Assembly (NCBI GenBank): GCA_964247055.1
Contig: OZ176051.1
Location: forward strand, 4,340,001-4,404,000
Origin: Paragordius varius
Taxonomy: Eukaryota; Animalia; Nematomorpha
Length of the DNA stretch: 64,000 nt
Direction: 5' to 3'
Shown here: piece by piece, positions 12,058 through 25,600 of the stretch
Layout: every line of letters begins with the position of its first letter
Position numbering within the stretch: position 1 is the first letter of the stretch
Made by a program: the position numbers and the translations under genes
Notes under the pieces: generated by a model
Database searches by the model: none
What the model saw: the letters and a program-made list of their open reading frames with translations, nothing else
Told to the model about the DNA's origin: nothing

Positions 12058-15000
12058 CTCTAAACTATACCAATGGCTAAATCTAGATTAGAGAATGCGC
12101 CATGTCCATAGAATCCATAAATACATTAAAATTTTTATATTCTCCGTAGTGACATAACCTTTCCGAAGGTAGTTTGATTGGATAAAATTGCATACAAAAA
12201 TCTAAATCCCACGCCCTTTTCACCTATAAAATATTTTTATTTTTCAAATAAATTTTTAACACTTGATTACCCTTTGGGGTAATTTTCGTATTTTAAATAT
12301 AAATAACTTTGACCATGATATTGTGTTAAAATAATAATTCTATAACTATTTATAACAATTTACAGGAGTCCTCTATTTTTACATATAACCACCATCTAAA
12401 ATTACTGCTATAAGGTGAGCTTGTATCCTAATTTATGTTAGCCAATAATTCCAGATATTTATATTTATTCTCAAACCTTTAAACTATTAAACCGGGAAAT
12501 ATCATTAGCTGTAATCTTTGCGTGTATCTTATTCGACTTTCTGTCGTTCCTGGATATCGTTAAGCTTTTTGTCCTTTTTTAGAGAAAAGAAGCAACTAAA
12601 CCGCTATTCTTTTATAAAATGGATTGATTGACATGCGCGTGTTATAATTCAAAAAATATTTTTTCTCTATCAACACTGTAGGTGTAGATGTTTTTTTAGA
12701 AATAATTACCATAATTTATTGAATGTTACATATTACAAACAAAGGAGTTCTGCAGCATTTTTTTCGAAGTTCATTCCTTATAAATTTTTAGAATATCCAA
12801 ATGTTTATAGCTCTTATCTTATTGATTGTGTCAAAGATTTTACAAATTTAAAAGGAGCGATTACGGTTTCTTAAATCAATTAATTATATTGCTATTATAT
12901 ATAAAATTGATTCTTAAGCTAATTCAAAAAGCGCTGGCAGTACAGAAATTAAATAATTGTTGATAACACTGCTTTGCAAGGTTTTGCACCATCCATTTTT
13001 TTGCATTTTCTGTTACCCAATGACATGGAAAGGCCGAAAAAAAAAATGAGGCCGCCAAAAGGATTTTTTTAAATTTAATTTTAAATTTTGTATTTCATAT
13101 TAATAAACAATTATTCCTCGTGCACATATATTTAAATATTTAAAAGAGCAAGTCAATACAAGTGGTATGTACACCAAAGCCAGGTTTTTCATTATAATTT
13201 TAGAACGAAAATGCAAAAATGATTTAAATATACCAGCTCCAATATACGATACCACAGAAGATTTTTTTATTAAAGAAGACCTTGCAGAAAATGTTTTTGC
13301 TGATTCATATAATAAAACTTTATAAAATGCCCTCGATCATTATATTAAAATATGAACTACCCAAAATCGCTGAAGGTTTGTTATCTCTTTTAAAAATACG
13401 TCTTATCGAGCGGGCTTGTTATTCGACGATGAAATGGACAATTTATAATAAATAAATATCAATTTATTGGAATATTAATTGAAAATTCTATGTATAGAGG
13501 ATACAAAACTTTAAGAAAATAGAATTATAATATATTGTTAAGATCCAAAGAGTATTAAAAATCAAAAATAATAAAAATCGAAAGGGGCTAATGTATGGTG
13601 TAAGGTATGATATCCCGGCGGCTTGCACAAGCTCTGCGAAAATCCCCCAAGCAATCCTATAATCATGCCAGATATGGCAAAGGCATACAATAATGAGGTG
13701 ATTAAAGCCCGATAAGAGAGACTTTCAATATAAAGTAGTTAACTTCAGCAAAATCTAAATTTGACATGTCAAAATAACCAATTCACAGAATAGAGTTAGA
13801 CAGATTTGACCATGTAATGGGATAAGAACATTAGATAAGTTAAATATTATTGCATTTCATAATATTGTAGTATATTATCCATAATTCAGGTAATAAAAGT
13901 GGCTGCCCAACATCCATCTGAAATTTAAATAATAACGCAGCCAATCATTTTAAAAATAAAATTAGTATTCACTAGGTATAAGTAAGAGGATTTTTTTAAG
14001 AATCAACCGAAGGGAAAAACCCTAATAAGTACTAGAAATAACGAAAACTAACAAGATAAATATAGCTTATCTGAAAGCCGAAGGTTTAAACCATAAAATG
14101 CCTCTTTTAGTATCTTTTTAATATAAGTTTATACGCGTTTAAAATTTTAATAAAAGACTAAATTTTGACGTTTATGTCCGTACTATTTTTTTCTCCCTGA
14201 TTAAATGACATATATTTAGAAAGTTACAACGCTCTATTAAGTGATATTAATTTTATAATATAATAACTTTTATTATAAAGTTATATTTAATTTCTTTCGA
14301 CTTGTTTTTGAAAAATTAAAAAACTCATAATATCTCAAATTTTGAGTGGTGGTGCATAAAATTGTCCAAATTTGTCGACTAGTGTAATTTTCTTTGCGCT
14401 GATAGCATTTGTTTTAGCCCATTATATAAATTTATATAAGCCTTAAAGCAGTTTGGACCAGAGTAGATAATGGGCAACTCTTGTTTATAGATCAGAGATA
14501 AAATTGGCAAAATTGCTAATAAGTAACTTCAATAATGATCTAGCCTTTGGTGTTTTTCGCATTTTAATAGACGTAATTTAATGATGTCGGTTTAAGTCCA
14601 TATCTAGGGAAAGGGTTTAGAAGAATATAGCATTTTAAGAAATTTGTTAATAAAAATAAAGGGAATCGTCCATATTAGGCATCCAGCGTAAGATATTAAC
14701 TTAATTATAATCTGTTAAAGGTGTTTAATATGGTTTTTTAAATATTTTTTAAATATGCATTGCTTTAATTTCATTCCATGTTTCTCTTATGCACATTCTC
14801 ATCTATATTCACGTAAATTATGATCTATCGATTGACCTCTAGGTTCATTTCTATTAAACATTTGAAATAGCGGTAAATCCATTAATCCCATTCATTTAGG
14901 CCAATTAATTATCAAAAAAACTAATTCTGTTTAGAGCAGTTTGTAATTATCCATGTTATATAATAATTGAAAATTTAAATATGTTTATTCCCTCCATTAA

Positions 15001-15327
15001 ATCATAGTTTTCCATCCATCAGTCGCAGAGAATTGGAGAAGGGACATAGCTGATCAATTGATTTATTAAAATTATAACACATAAAAGAATAATTTTTTAT
15101 TCGTTCCTTCTCATTTAATTTTTTCTAGTTTATAAATATAAATTTTATGGTGTAGCGGTTTATCGAGTATTATAGAGAATGATCTAGCATATATAATATA
15201 AACATTTGATAAATCTCTATGTAGATACTCTTTTCACGAAAATGTAATTATGCGCGTTAAGCAAGACAAACATAACTAAGTGTCAACACATAACAATTCT
15301 TAAGGTCAACCATCGTATCGATGTATA

Positions 15328-15492
15328 CAGTAGTGTATGGCATAAAACAATATTAATCCATAAAAGAATAAAAAAATGTTTTTTTAAAAAAAACAAGGAG
15401 ATTATATGGATATGTGTAAATACAATTATGCTTGTTTTTTTTAAAAAATTATTCTTTTATGGACTAATAATGTTTTATGCTATACGTTACTG
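15328..15492. mobile_element. 165-bp palindromic Tc1/mariner-type MITE 255 bp upstream of the OPLAH ATG
   Basis: TA|CAGTAGTGTATGGCATAAAACA ... TGTTTTATGCTATACGTTACTG|TA. Arms pair almost to the centre. Confidence 0.7.
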
Positions 15493-15746
15493 TATATAAA
15501 GTTGAAAATTGTTAGTTGTTTATGTATTTGTAAAGTTATAAGTTTGTTTTCCAAGTAACAAGGGATTTGTACATATGTACTATATTTAAAACAAACGCGA
15601 TACAATATGCGACACCAAACCAACATTTGTTTTGTAAATATATATATATATATATTATAAATTTTATTCAATATGTATTTTATAAATCATGTGAAACTTT
15701 AATTCACATTTTATCACAATTTTACCCGTTTTAAGAGTTTCCAAAA

Positions 15747-16622
15747 ATGTCATTTAAATTTGCAATAGATCGCGGAGGGACATTCACAGATATATTCGCA
15801 GTTCTACCTAACAACACATTTAAAACTTATAAACTTTTATCAGAAAATCCGCTTCAATACAACGATGCACCAATTGAAGGCATCCGACGTATTATAAATG
15901 AAGTATTAATCTATTTTTACTAATCATTAATTTTATGTTCAATTAGTGATGGTTAAGTAAAATAGCTTTTAAACTAAAAATAAGAATAGTTATTCTCGGA
16001 ATCGAAAATGCTTTATTATTAACAATTATAAATCCGAAATAATAATTTTATAAACGAAAACTATGTAAACGGAAAATCAACTGAAAAAAGATACTGGAAA
16101 TTATACTGAAATTTAAATTTGAACTAAAAATATAAGTAATGTGTGAAATCGTGTCGTTTATCATTATTTCACGCATTATACAATTGTTAATAAAAAATCA
16201 AAATGGATTTATTATTACATAAAAATCAGAATAGTCCAGATCTTTAAAGAGAAATTCTTATAAAATGCTTCCCTTTATTTAATCTATCGATGCCAAATCT
16301 ACCCCCATTAATGGCAAATGAGTTATTAATTTCCATCTACTTAACTATTTTTGTAATACAATGTATTTTATATATATATCAATCACAGTATATAGAAAAG
16401 GCACCCGATAAAAACTTATATGGTGACAGTACAATAATTAATATTGAATGGATAAGGATTGGTACAACTTTGGCAACTAATGCATTGCTTGAACGCAAAG
16501 GGGCTAAAATGGCCCTTCTCATAACTGAAGGGTTTAAAGATATTATATATATTGGGAACCAAGCAAGACCTGATTTGTTTGATTTAGTAATCATTTTTAT
16601 GTTTATGAAATATTTTATTTTC

Positions 16623-16669
<47 letters not shown>

Positions 16670-19600
16670 CATGTGTGGCACATTCACATCATAAAGGAAT
16701 AAATAAATGTAGAAAACGTAAGTCATTTTACAAATTGATAAATCTTATTAAAAAATAAGAATGACCAACCTAATTTGTGCTATCTTTTGAGCATACACTT
16801 TTTAGCTATAACTTCTTTAACTTTATAATCAATAATAAAACAACCGATTTTTTAATAAACTTTTTTCATAAGAAATGTAACTGCTGGATAAATAGGTTTT
16901 TAAATAATAATTTTTTAATAGAATATACGAATGCCCGAAGTTTTATATGATGTCGTTTCTGAGGTTGAAGAACGTATTCTATTGGATCAAAATGATTCCA
17001 ACTATCCAACAACCTCAACTGTTAAATCAGTTCAAAATAAACACGGCGAAAAAGTAAGTTTTTATTATAATTAGGGTGGGCAAATAAAAACCCGTCTGTC
17101 AACTAATAAATGCTCATTAACGGCCATAACCAATCAAACCAATTATATTTAATAATTTTGACTTGCAATTATAATTTTAAAATATTTGTTAAAAACTAAT
17201 TTTTTGCATAAATTTATTTTTTTTATTTTACATTTAGCATGTCCTCTTTGAAAAACTTGTTATTCAATTTTGATAAAGCGGTCATATTCACGGACATTAA
17301 TATTTTTTATGACCATTCAAACACCACCCCATTAATAAATATATATCATGGTTTAATCTGTTTGTTTAAAATTTATATTATTGCAGTTCCTGATAATGAA
17401 ACCATTGAATGAAGCGAAACTAAAGTTAAGCTTAGATGAAATATCGGCTCAGAAAACGGAATCAATCGCTTTAGTGTTAATGCATTCTTACTGGTAAAAA
17501 CCAAAAATTTAATTACATAAGATAAAATAATTTTTTTTCATTCTATATAACCAATTATTTAACATATATTCAAGTTATCCAGAACATGAGAAGCAGGCAG
17601 TGGAGTTTGTAAAGAATTATTATAAAGATCGTAATTTGCAACCGCCTCACATATCCATGTCAAACCAAGTTATGCCTATGATCAATATAGTACCTCGGGG
17701 ACAAACGACTTGTGTTGACGCTTATTTAACACCCATAATCAAAAATTATGTCGCAAGTTTTGTCACAAACATTGAGACCTTGTGTTGTGAGAATCATAGA
17801 GGGAATAATTTGGAAAGCTGCCCTAAACCGCTGCCCAAAATTTATTTCATGCAAAGTGATGGTGGTTTAGTTGATAAACATGAGTGTGTGGTAGATTTTT
17901 ATTCATAAATTTATTTCTTTTTTTTGTTCGGATATAATTTTAGTTGATATGGTATATAAAAAACCACCATGTATGATTTGTAACTTAGATTTATTGGGTC
18001 CAAAGCAATTTTATCAGGTCCATCAGGGGGTGTCATTGGGTATTCCTTAACTACTTTTAACAACCGTGTAGAGCTAGGGGAAATGGATTCCAAAATGGCT
18101 GTCATAGGCTTCGATATGGGAGGTAAAGTGTTGTTGGGACAAAGAAATTATAATACTAAAAGATTTTTCTTTTTTGAATTAATTTTGGACTAAATATTTT
18201 TTTTCCTTTTTTTGCTAGGAACATCAACTGATGTAAGTCGTTTCGATGGAATGCATGAACATGTCTACAATGCCACTATAGCTGGAATCACTATGCAATG
18301 CCCCCAAGTTATCAATCATAATATTAATTAAAAAGTTAAAATTTATGAATGATTCTAAACGCGACGCTAGAGAGAAATTATGATAGATTTTTCAATGAAA
18401 TCAATATGTAATAAACGTTAAATTAATCCAATAAAGAAAAAAACTAGTTTTAATTGCATCGTTTTTACGAATGCAAATAAAAGCCTTGGAGTTCAATTCG
18501 GGCGGCTCTAGTTTAAAATACATTAAGTTGGAGAGTTAAAGAATTTGAATAAATTTTATTTAAATTTTAAAATATTAAATAAGAGTTGTGAGAGGTATAA
18601 ACGAATAATACGCTGTTTGAACATTTCGTTATAGCATTTATTTTGTTGACATACATTTGTTTTTAGTTCGTACGGAGTCTTAACATCAAACATTCTCTTT
18701 TTTTTCATTTTTTATATTAAAATTGCAAAGTTGAATATTTTTACGAAATGATATGTAAAAACCCCAATCTAAATAGCTGTGTTGTAGTAGTGAGTGCCAC
18801 CAAGCATCAAACTAGTCTGTGATTAGTATTGACAAAGCGTTTTTCACATCATAGTTTGATTTTCATCTAATTTCGTTATCATTTTAGTTTAATTTTCTTT
18901 TACAGCATTACTTCATGAATATATCAATTCCGTAATTTACCAATTTTCCATGCTATGACCTAAAAATTTTATAGAGTATTATAATATAATATTGCATTTT
19001 TATTAGCTTGATATTGAAACTGTTGCAGCCGGAGGCGGATCAATTTTACAATTTAGAAAGGGTTTATTTGTCGTAGGACCTGAAAGTTCCGGCTCGAATC
19101 CCGGCCCAACGTGCTATAGAAAAAGTAATTTCATCCATCCTCAATCTAATTTTCTATCCAATATTCTCATGCCTTTTTTTTGTAGATGGACCCCTCTCCA
19201 TAACCGATGCAAATTTATGCTTGGGTCGACTTTTACCCGAATATTTCCCAAGGGTGTTTGGTCCCAACTTTGATCAAAGCTTAGACGTAAATGCTACGAT
19301 GAATGGATTCAAAAAACTGGCTCAAAATGTAATACATTTATAGTTTATTTAAAAACATTTCGTTACTTTCTGGCAAAAAATCAACTATTATAAATCAATC
19401 GAGATGAATATTTATTTTTTAAGATAAATGATTACCATGTGGAGAATGGGGACGAAAATTGGATACCTATGTCAGTGGCAGAAATAGCGTATGGTTTCAT
19501 TAGCGTAGCCAATGAAACAATGGCGCGAGCAATAAATAATGTCACTCAGGTTGAAATTAAAATTTTTTTACAATCTGGATTGTGCAATCAAATCTAATTT

Positions 19601-22600
19601 TACCTATAAATGTATATTTGCACAATTGAACATTGATTATATTGCTTATTTAGTAGTATAACTTTTGTTAACTCTGATGTTACATATATAATTTTGTTTC
19701 AAACCTAAAAAAGGCAAGAGGATTTGAATCTTCAAAGCATATACTTTCTTGCTTTGGGTCTGCCAGTGGACAGCACGCATGCGCAATAGCTCGTCTTTTG
19801 GGTATCCGAAAAGTTTTTATCCACAAGTATATATTATTTCAATATTATGTAATTTGTAAAGATTTACGAATATTGGCTTAGTCGACATATAGGTTAGTTG
19901 TTATCAGGTGGGTCATTGATATCCTTGAAGTAAAGGCATTTTACACTATATAACTTTCCACAGGATAAATATTGGGTAAACACCTGATAAATACATATAA
20001 GGCGCCTTTAGGCATTAAAATTTTTTCGTAAATACGTCGAGAATAAGGTAAAAAATATAAATAAATTTTTAAATGTAAACAAAGGCATCGTCAGGAGTTT
20101 TGAAAAACTAAGTAAAACAAATTAGATATTTATTTTAAGTTTGTTTTTAAACAAGTCCTCGCGGTGCGAAAATATGAAATTATAAATTTATTTTTATTTT
20201 CTACCTATTTTGCGACGTGTTTACGGATCTTTTTTAACAAAGCTTCGTCGTTACCCAAATAAATTAATATTTTTTGTCGCTTTGTTTTTGATATAGGTAC
20301 TCTGGTATATTGTCAGCCTACGGAATGGCACTCGCTGATATATCTCATGAAGAACAAGAAAGTTTATTATTACCATTTGAAAGAAAAAACTATCCAATAA
20401 TTTGTTCAACGTTTGATGTGTTAGAAAAAGTGTGCAGAAAAAAATTGAATGTTCACTTAAATAATTCAGATATTAATGATAAAAATGATGAGTCATATAA
20501 CAATATAAATGTCTCTAATAAAGGGATTAAAGTTGTACGATTTTTACAAATGTCTTATGCGGGGACCCATTGTCCAATTATGTGTGAGGAGAAAACATCA
20601 CTCGATACAACTGTTAATTTAGATAAAAACGATTCTGTCTACTGGATAAATCAATTCAAGATGATATTTTTAGAGAAGTAATTTGTATTTTTTATGGGGT
20701 CTTGTACGTTTTTTAGAAAACTGAAATTAAATAGCCTCAGAGGGGGAATGCCATACACAAATAAATGCAAAAACAAATGTGCTAAACAGTTGGTTAGCAG
20801 TTGGGCAAAAAAAATTGTTTAAATCTTTTATGAATTTTTGGTAGATTTTTAAAAACCGCAAAATAGATCCGCCAACTTTTATATTTTGTCAAAGTGTTTT
20901 TGATATAATGCTTATATCGCAAACTATTTGATCACAATTTTTAATTTAATATACTATTAAACTTTTGAAAGGAATTAAATTTTAGCTAACATATCAATGT
21001 TACTTAGGTTTTACGGACTTGATGCTTAAATTAAAAATGAAGAAATGTTAAAAGCTATAATTGCATTTTCAAATTAATACTCTCTTTATCAATGATATAC
21101 CGATTCCCATTAAATTTAGCTATGAGTGATATGCACGCATTTTAATAAACATTGAAATTTGAAATAAATGAAAGTCTTAGCATAAGGCTTTAAATTATAG
21201 TATATGATTTACGACAATTTTAATATGCATGCAAAACTCCAAAAATGCTTGTTTTTTTTTTCAAAATTATGGGAGTTAATCTTTATTACCTATTATTTAT
21301 TATAAATACCTAATAAATTAATTATTTGGCTCTATGTTTAAAAAATTTATAGCCAATTTAGTTTTTTGCATTTACAGTATGCACATTAATGTTGCCCAAT
21401 TTACATTATTTTTGACCGATTGATAACATAGTAGTGGTAAAAAAATGTTGAATTTAATCAATATTTGCCTATCTTACAACATTAATTTGTTTATTAAATT
21501 ATAATCAAAAGTTATTTTTTTACACACGCTTGTGTATTATAAATTGGACAGCAATAATGTGAATAGGACAGCATAAATGTGTGTACTATATTTCCAGATT
21601 CTGTAAAACCATAATAAAAAATTAAATTATTATATTTCTCTCCATTTATAAATCATAATCAACTTTAGGTACAAAAGAGAATTCGGTTTTATTTTAGAGG
21701 ACAAACCAATAATCGTAGAAAATGTACGGGTTCGCGCAATTCTAAAATCCGATCATGATTATCTGGTGGAAAATGGAAAAATGTCCCTTAAAAGCCCCCC
21801 TGAATCTAAACCCATTAAAGTAATTGTTAAAATTTATATTATACCATTTACAGTTCAAATTCTCCCTTGAACAATTCAAATTCACCCTCGAAAAATTTGA
21901 TTTCACCCTCAATTAAATTATGTGTTTTTAAAGTTAAAAATTACCTATATTTTTTTATATGTTTAAAAAAATTTTTTTTAAAAAATTAAAATAATACTGG
22001 AAAATATTAAACTAAGTCATAAGAATATAAATCATATTAAATTAATGATGAGTTATATTTAAGGTGACCAGACGTCCCGCTTTTGGCGGGACAGTCCCGC
22101 TTTTTCACACTTTGTCCCGCCTCCCGCTAGTTTATAAGATGTCCCGCTTTTTCATGATTATATAAAAAAAAATTTTTTTTAATACAAATAATTTTTTTTA
22201 ATACAAATAAAATTTTTTTATTTTAAATTAAAATTTTTTATTTTTAAATTAAAAATATTTATTTTTTTCCAATTTATATCATATGATTATACACTTTCCT
22301 TCCTGCTACTACTGTCATTAATATCAAAAAGCCAAGTTATACTAGATCAAAAGACAAATTGATACCATAAATCGATACCTTACACGCTTTTTCCAGAAAA
22401 TTAAGGTAATATAACATTTATTATACTAATATTTAGTTTTAATAATTGCCAACATTATAAAAAATTTAAATTAATACTACAAATCGGTAGCTTAAAAGAC
22501 AAATTGATACTACAAATCGATACCTTACACGCTTTTTCCAGAAATTAAGGTAATATATTTATTATACTAATATTTAGTTTATATATATGAACACAAAAAG

Positions 22601-25600
22601 AGGCTGTAAATTCAATGATGAATTAATGAAAGATTTTCCTTTCATTAAAAAAACGAAGAATGAATCGTCTGTTAAATGTCTTATATGCGATGGGGAATTC
22701 ACCCTGGCACATGGCGGCAAACATGACATTACAAAGCATATTGATACACAGAAACATCAAAAATGTTTGATTATAACGGCATCATCTCACAAGATGAGCG
22801 ATTTTTTTCGAAAAACCGCTTTTGGAGAGGAAGAAAAGAATTTAGCACTTGCTGAGGGCCTGTTTTCCTTCCACGCCTTAAATCATTGCCATTCATTTCG
22901 TTCAATGGATTGTACCTCACAGGTTATTCGCACGTTATTCAATAAAAAATTTATATGTGCCCGTACAAAGGCTGAAGCCATTGTATGCAATGTTTTTTCG
23001 CCACATGCTTTTTCTGAAATACAAAAAGATTTGCTAAAAATTAATTTCTTTTCCCTATACTCTGATGCTTCAAATCACCATGAAACAAAATTATTTCCTA
23101 CTTTGATAAGATATTTTGATTCAGAAACCGGTATAAAAATTAAAATTTTAGATTTAATTTCCCTACCCGGTGAAAATTCTGAAATAATATTTACTTCAAT
23201 AATGCATATTCTAGAAAAAAATAATTTAAAAGACAAAATTATCGCATATTGCGCTGACAACACCAATACGAACTTTGGTGGAAAAGCAAGGAGAGGAGCA
23301 AAAAATATTTTTCATAAATTAACAGATAATCTTAATCAAAACATTATTGGCGTAGGGTGTGCAGCGCATATAATACACAACGCTATTCAAACAGCTGCAG
23401 ATTTGTTACCCTTAGATGTGGAAAATGTAGTTGTTAAAATATATTCCTATTTTTATATATACACGGTACGTGTTGAAACGCCGAAAGAATTCTGTGAAAA
23501 TGCAGAAGTTCAATATCAAAAAATGCTTGGATATAGTAAAACTCGTTGGTTAGCTTTTATGCCAGCTATCGAAAGAATTTTAAAGATGTATGATCCTTTA
23601 AAATCTTTTTTTTATCACAGGACAAATGTCCTACAACTTTAAAAAAATTTTTTGAAAGTGATTCTTCAAAAATATGGTTAGAATTCTTACATAATCAAGC
23701 TTCTCTCTTTCAAAATGTTATTAAATTTATTGAAGGTGACAAAATTTCGGCAGTCGAAGTAGACAATGAAGTTAGTAACCTGAAATTCCAATTCAAGAAC
23801 GGTTAGAAAATAATTTTATTCCATTAACCATCCGCAATACAATAAATAATTTAGAAAAACAAGGCTTAATAAATCGCCAAGATATCCTGTACCATATAAA
23901 AATGTTTTATACAAACTGTAAAGATTATTTGGAAGACTGGACGACGCAATTCAATGAAATTGATCATTTTCATTGGATAACATTAAAATCAGAATTTAAT
24001 TGGGCGATGTTCAAAAATCATTTGATTATATCTGCTCCCAAAAATTCTCAAAAATTGATCTTTCAGAAAATGATCTTTTTTCTGAAGTATCATTAGTTAA
24101 AAGATATATTAACACTTCGATTCAAATTGGGGTATCTAAATACCCCAGACTAAATTTAAATTAATATTTTTAAAAAAGTATTAAAGAAAACGGTCCCAAA
24201 TTAAATTTATGCTTCTATCCTGATAAAAATTATATAAATATGCTAAAATAGCTTGATAAAATTTTGTTTTGAAAAAAAAGTTCCATCTTAAACTACTTCG
24301 ACGCCATTTTTATTTTACAAAATTTTTAAAAAATATCGTCTTTATTCAATTTTAAGGGTAAAACTAAAGCCAATTTTTTATATAAATTACATTTTACATT
24401 GATAGAAATAGAAAAAGCGATTTATTTTGTATTATTTTTTCATTTTACAATTTGACATATGTCACGTTGACGAAATTTTTACCTTTCAGTTTTAGGTTTA
24501 AATAAGTATTTATCAAGTATATTTGAATTAAATTTTTTATATATTTCGGTTTATTAATGTTATATAAGTGCAAAATTTTGTCATGGTTTCGATTCCTTCC
24601 ATACTTCTTTAAGTATTTGATTTTAAACAGGCCTGGGGTATCCAACTACCCCAATTTGAATCGAAGGACTAAAATGAGTGTGTTGTATCCAAGTGTTAAT
24701 AATGAAAAACTTAAATTATGGACAAAAGAAAAATATACAGTAGAAAAGAAATGGTTGGAAATATTTCATCATTTTGAAGCCAACTATATTACAATAATAT
24801 TTTAAAAATTGTGGAATTCGCACTATCTTTACCTGGAACCAACGCTGCTACTGAGCGCGTTTTTTCCACAGTAAATCAGGTGTGGACATCGGAATCAAAT
24901 TTAAATGTTGAAACTTTGAAGGCCGTTTTATCTGTCAAATATAATTTGACAAATTCTTGTGAAGAGTTCTACAATATTTTAAAAAATGATGACAATCTGC
25001 TAAAACGCATTCACTCAAACCAAAAATATACCAAAGAATAAAATATTTTTTTTAAAGTTTTTGTGTTAAAAAACATAATTACCTAAAATATTGTATAAGT
25101 CTTCATAATTTGTCAAATTATATTTGAACACATAAAAGGTTTTTTATTCAACATTTAAATTTGATTCCGTGTCCATGCTTAATTTACTGTGGAAAAACGC
25201 GTTCAATAGCAGTGGTTCAGGTAAAGATAATGCAAATTCTACAATTAAAATATTATTGTATAGAACATAATTTTTTTAAAAATGATTATTTTAACCTATC
25301 CTACGTATTTTTTTCTGTTGTTTATAATATAAGCTTTCATTCAATATATTTATTTAATAATGAGACTTCATTAAAAAGTGTCATTGTGCACCGTTTGGTC
25401 TTCCAAATGATCGTTTCTGTTTAAAACATTTTTATATTCTGGCTATTCATTGAGCCTTGTTTTTCTGGATGTTTTATGATATTGCGATTAAGTAATGGTA
25501 TAAAATTATTTTTTAACCTTTTTTGACTTGGAATTTTGACCTTTGTCCTGTGATAAAAATTAGGATTCTAGGAGATCACATTTTTATAAATATTTCAATT

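Noticed and set aside
17911-18105. Minus-strand ORFs over OPLAH exons (also 16379-16726)
   Set aside because: Antisense to clear oxoprolinase exons or running through AT microsatellite.
24445-24805. ORFs 24445-24645 and 24557-24805 as independent genes
   Set aside because: They run through the inserted TTAA MITE. Only the part after 24699 is hAT transposase.
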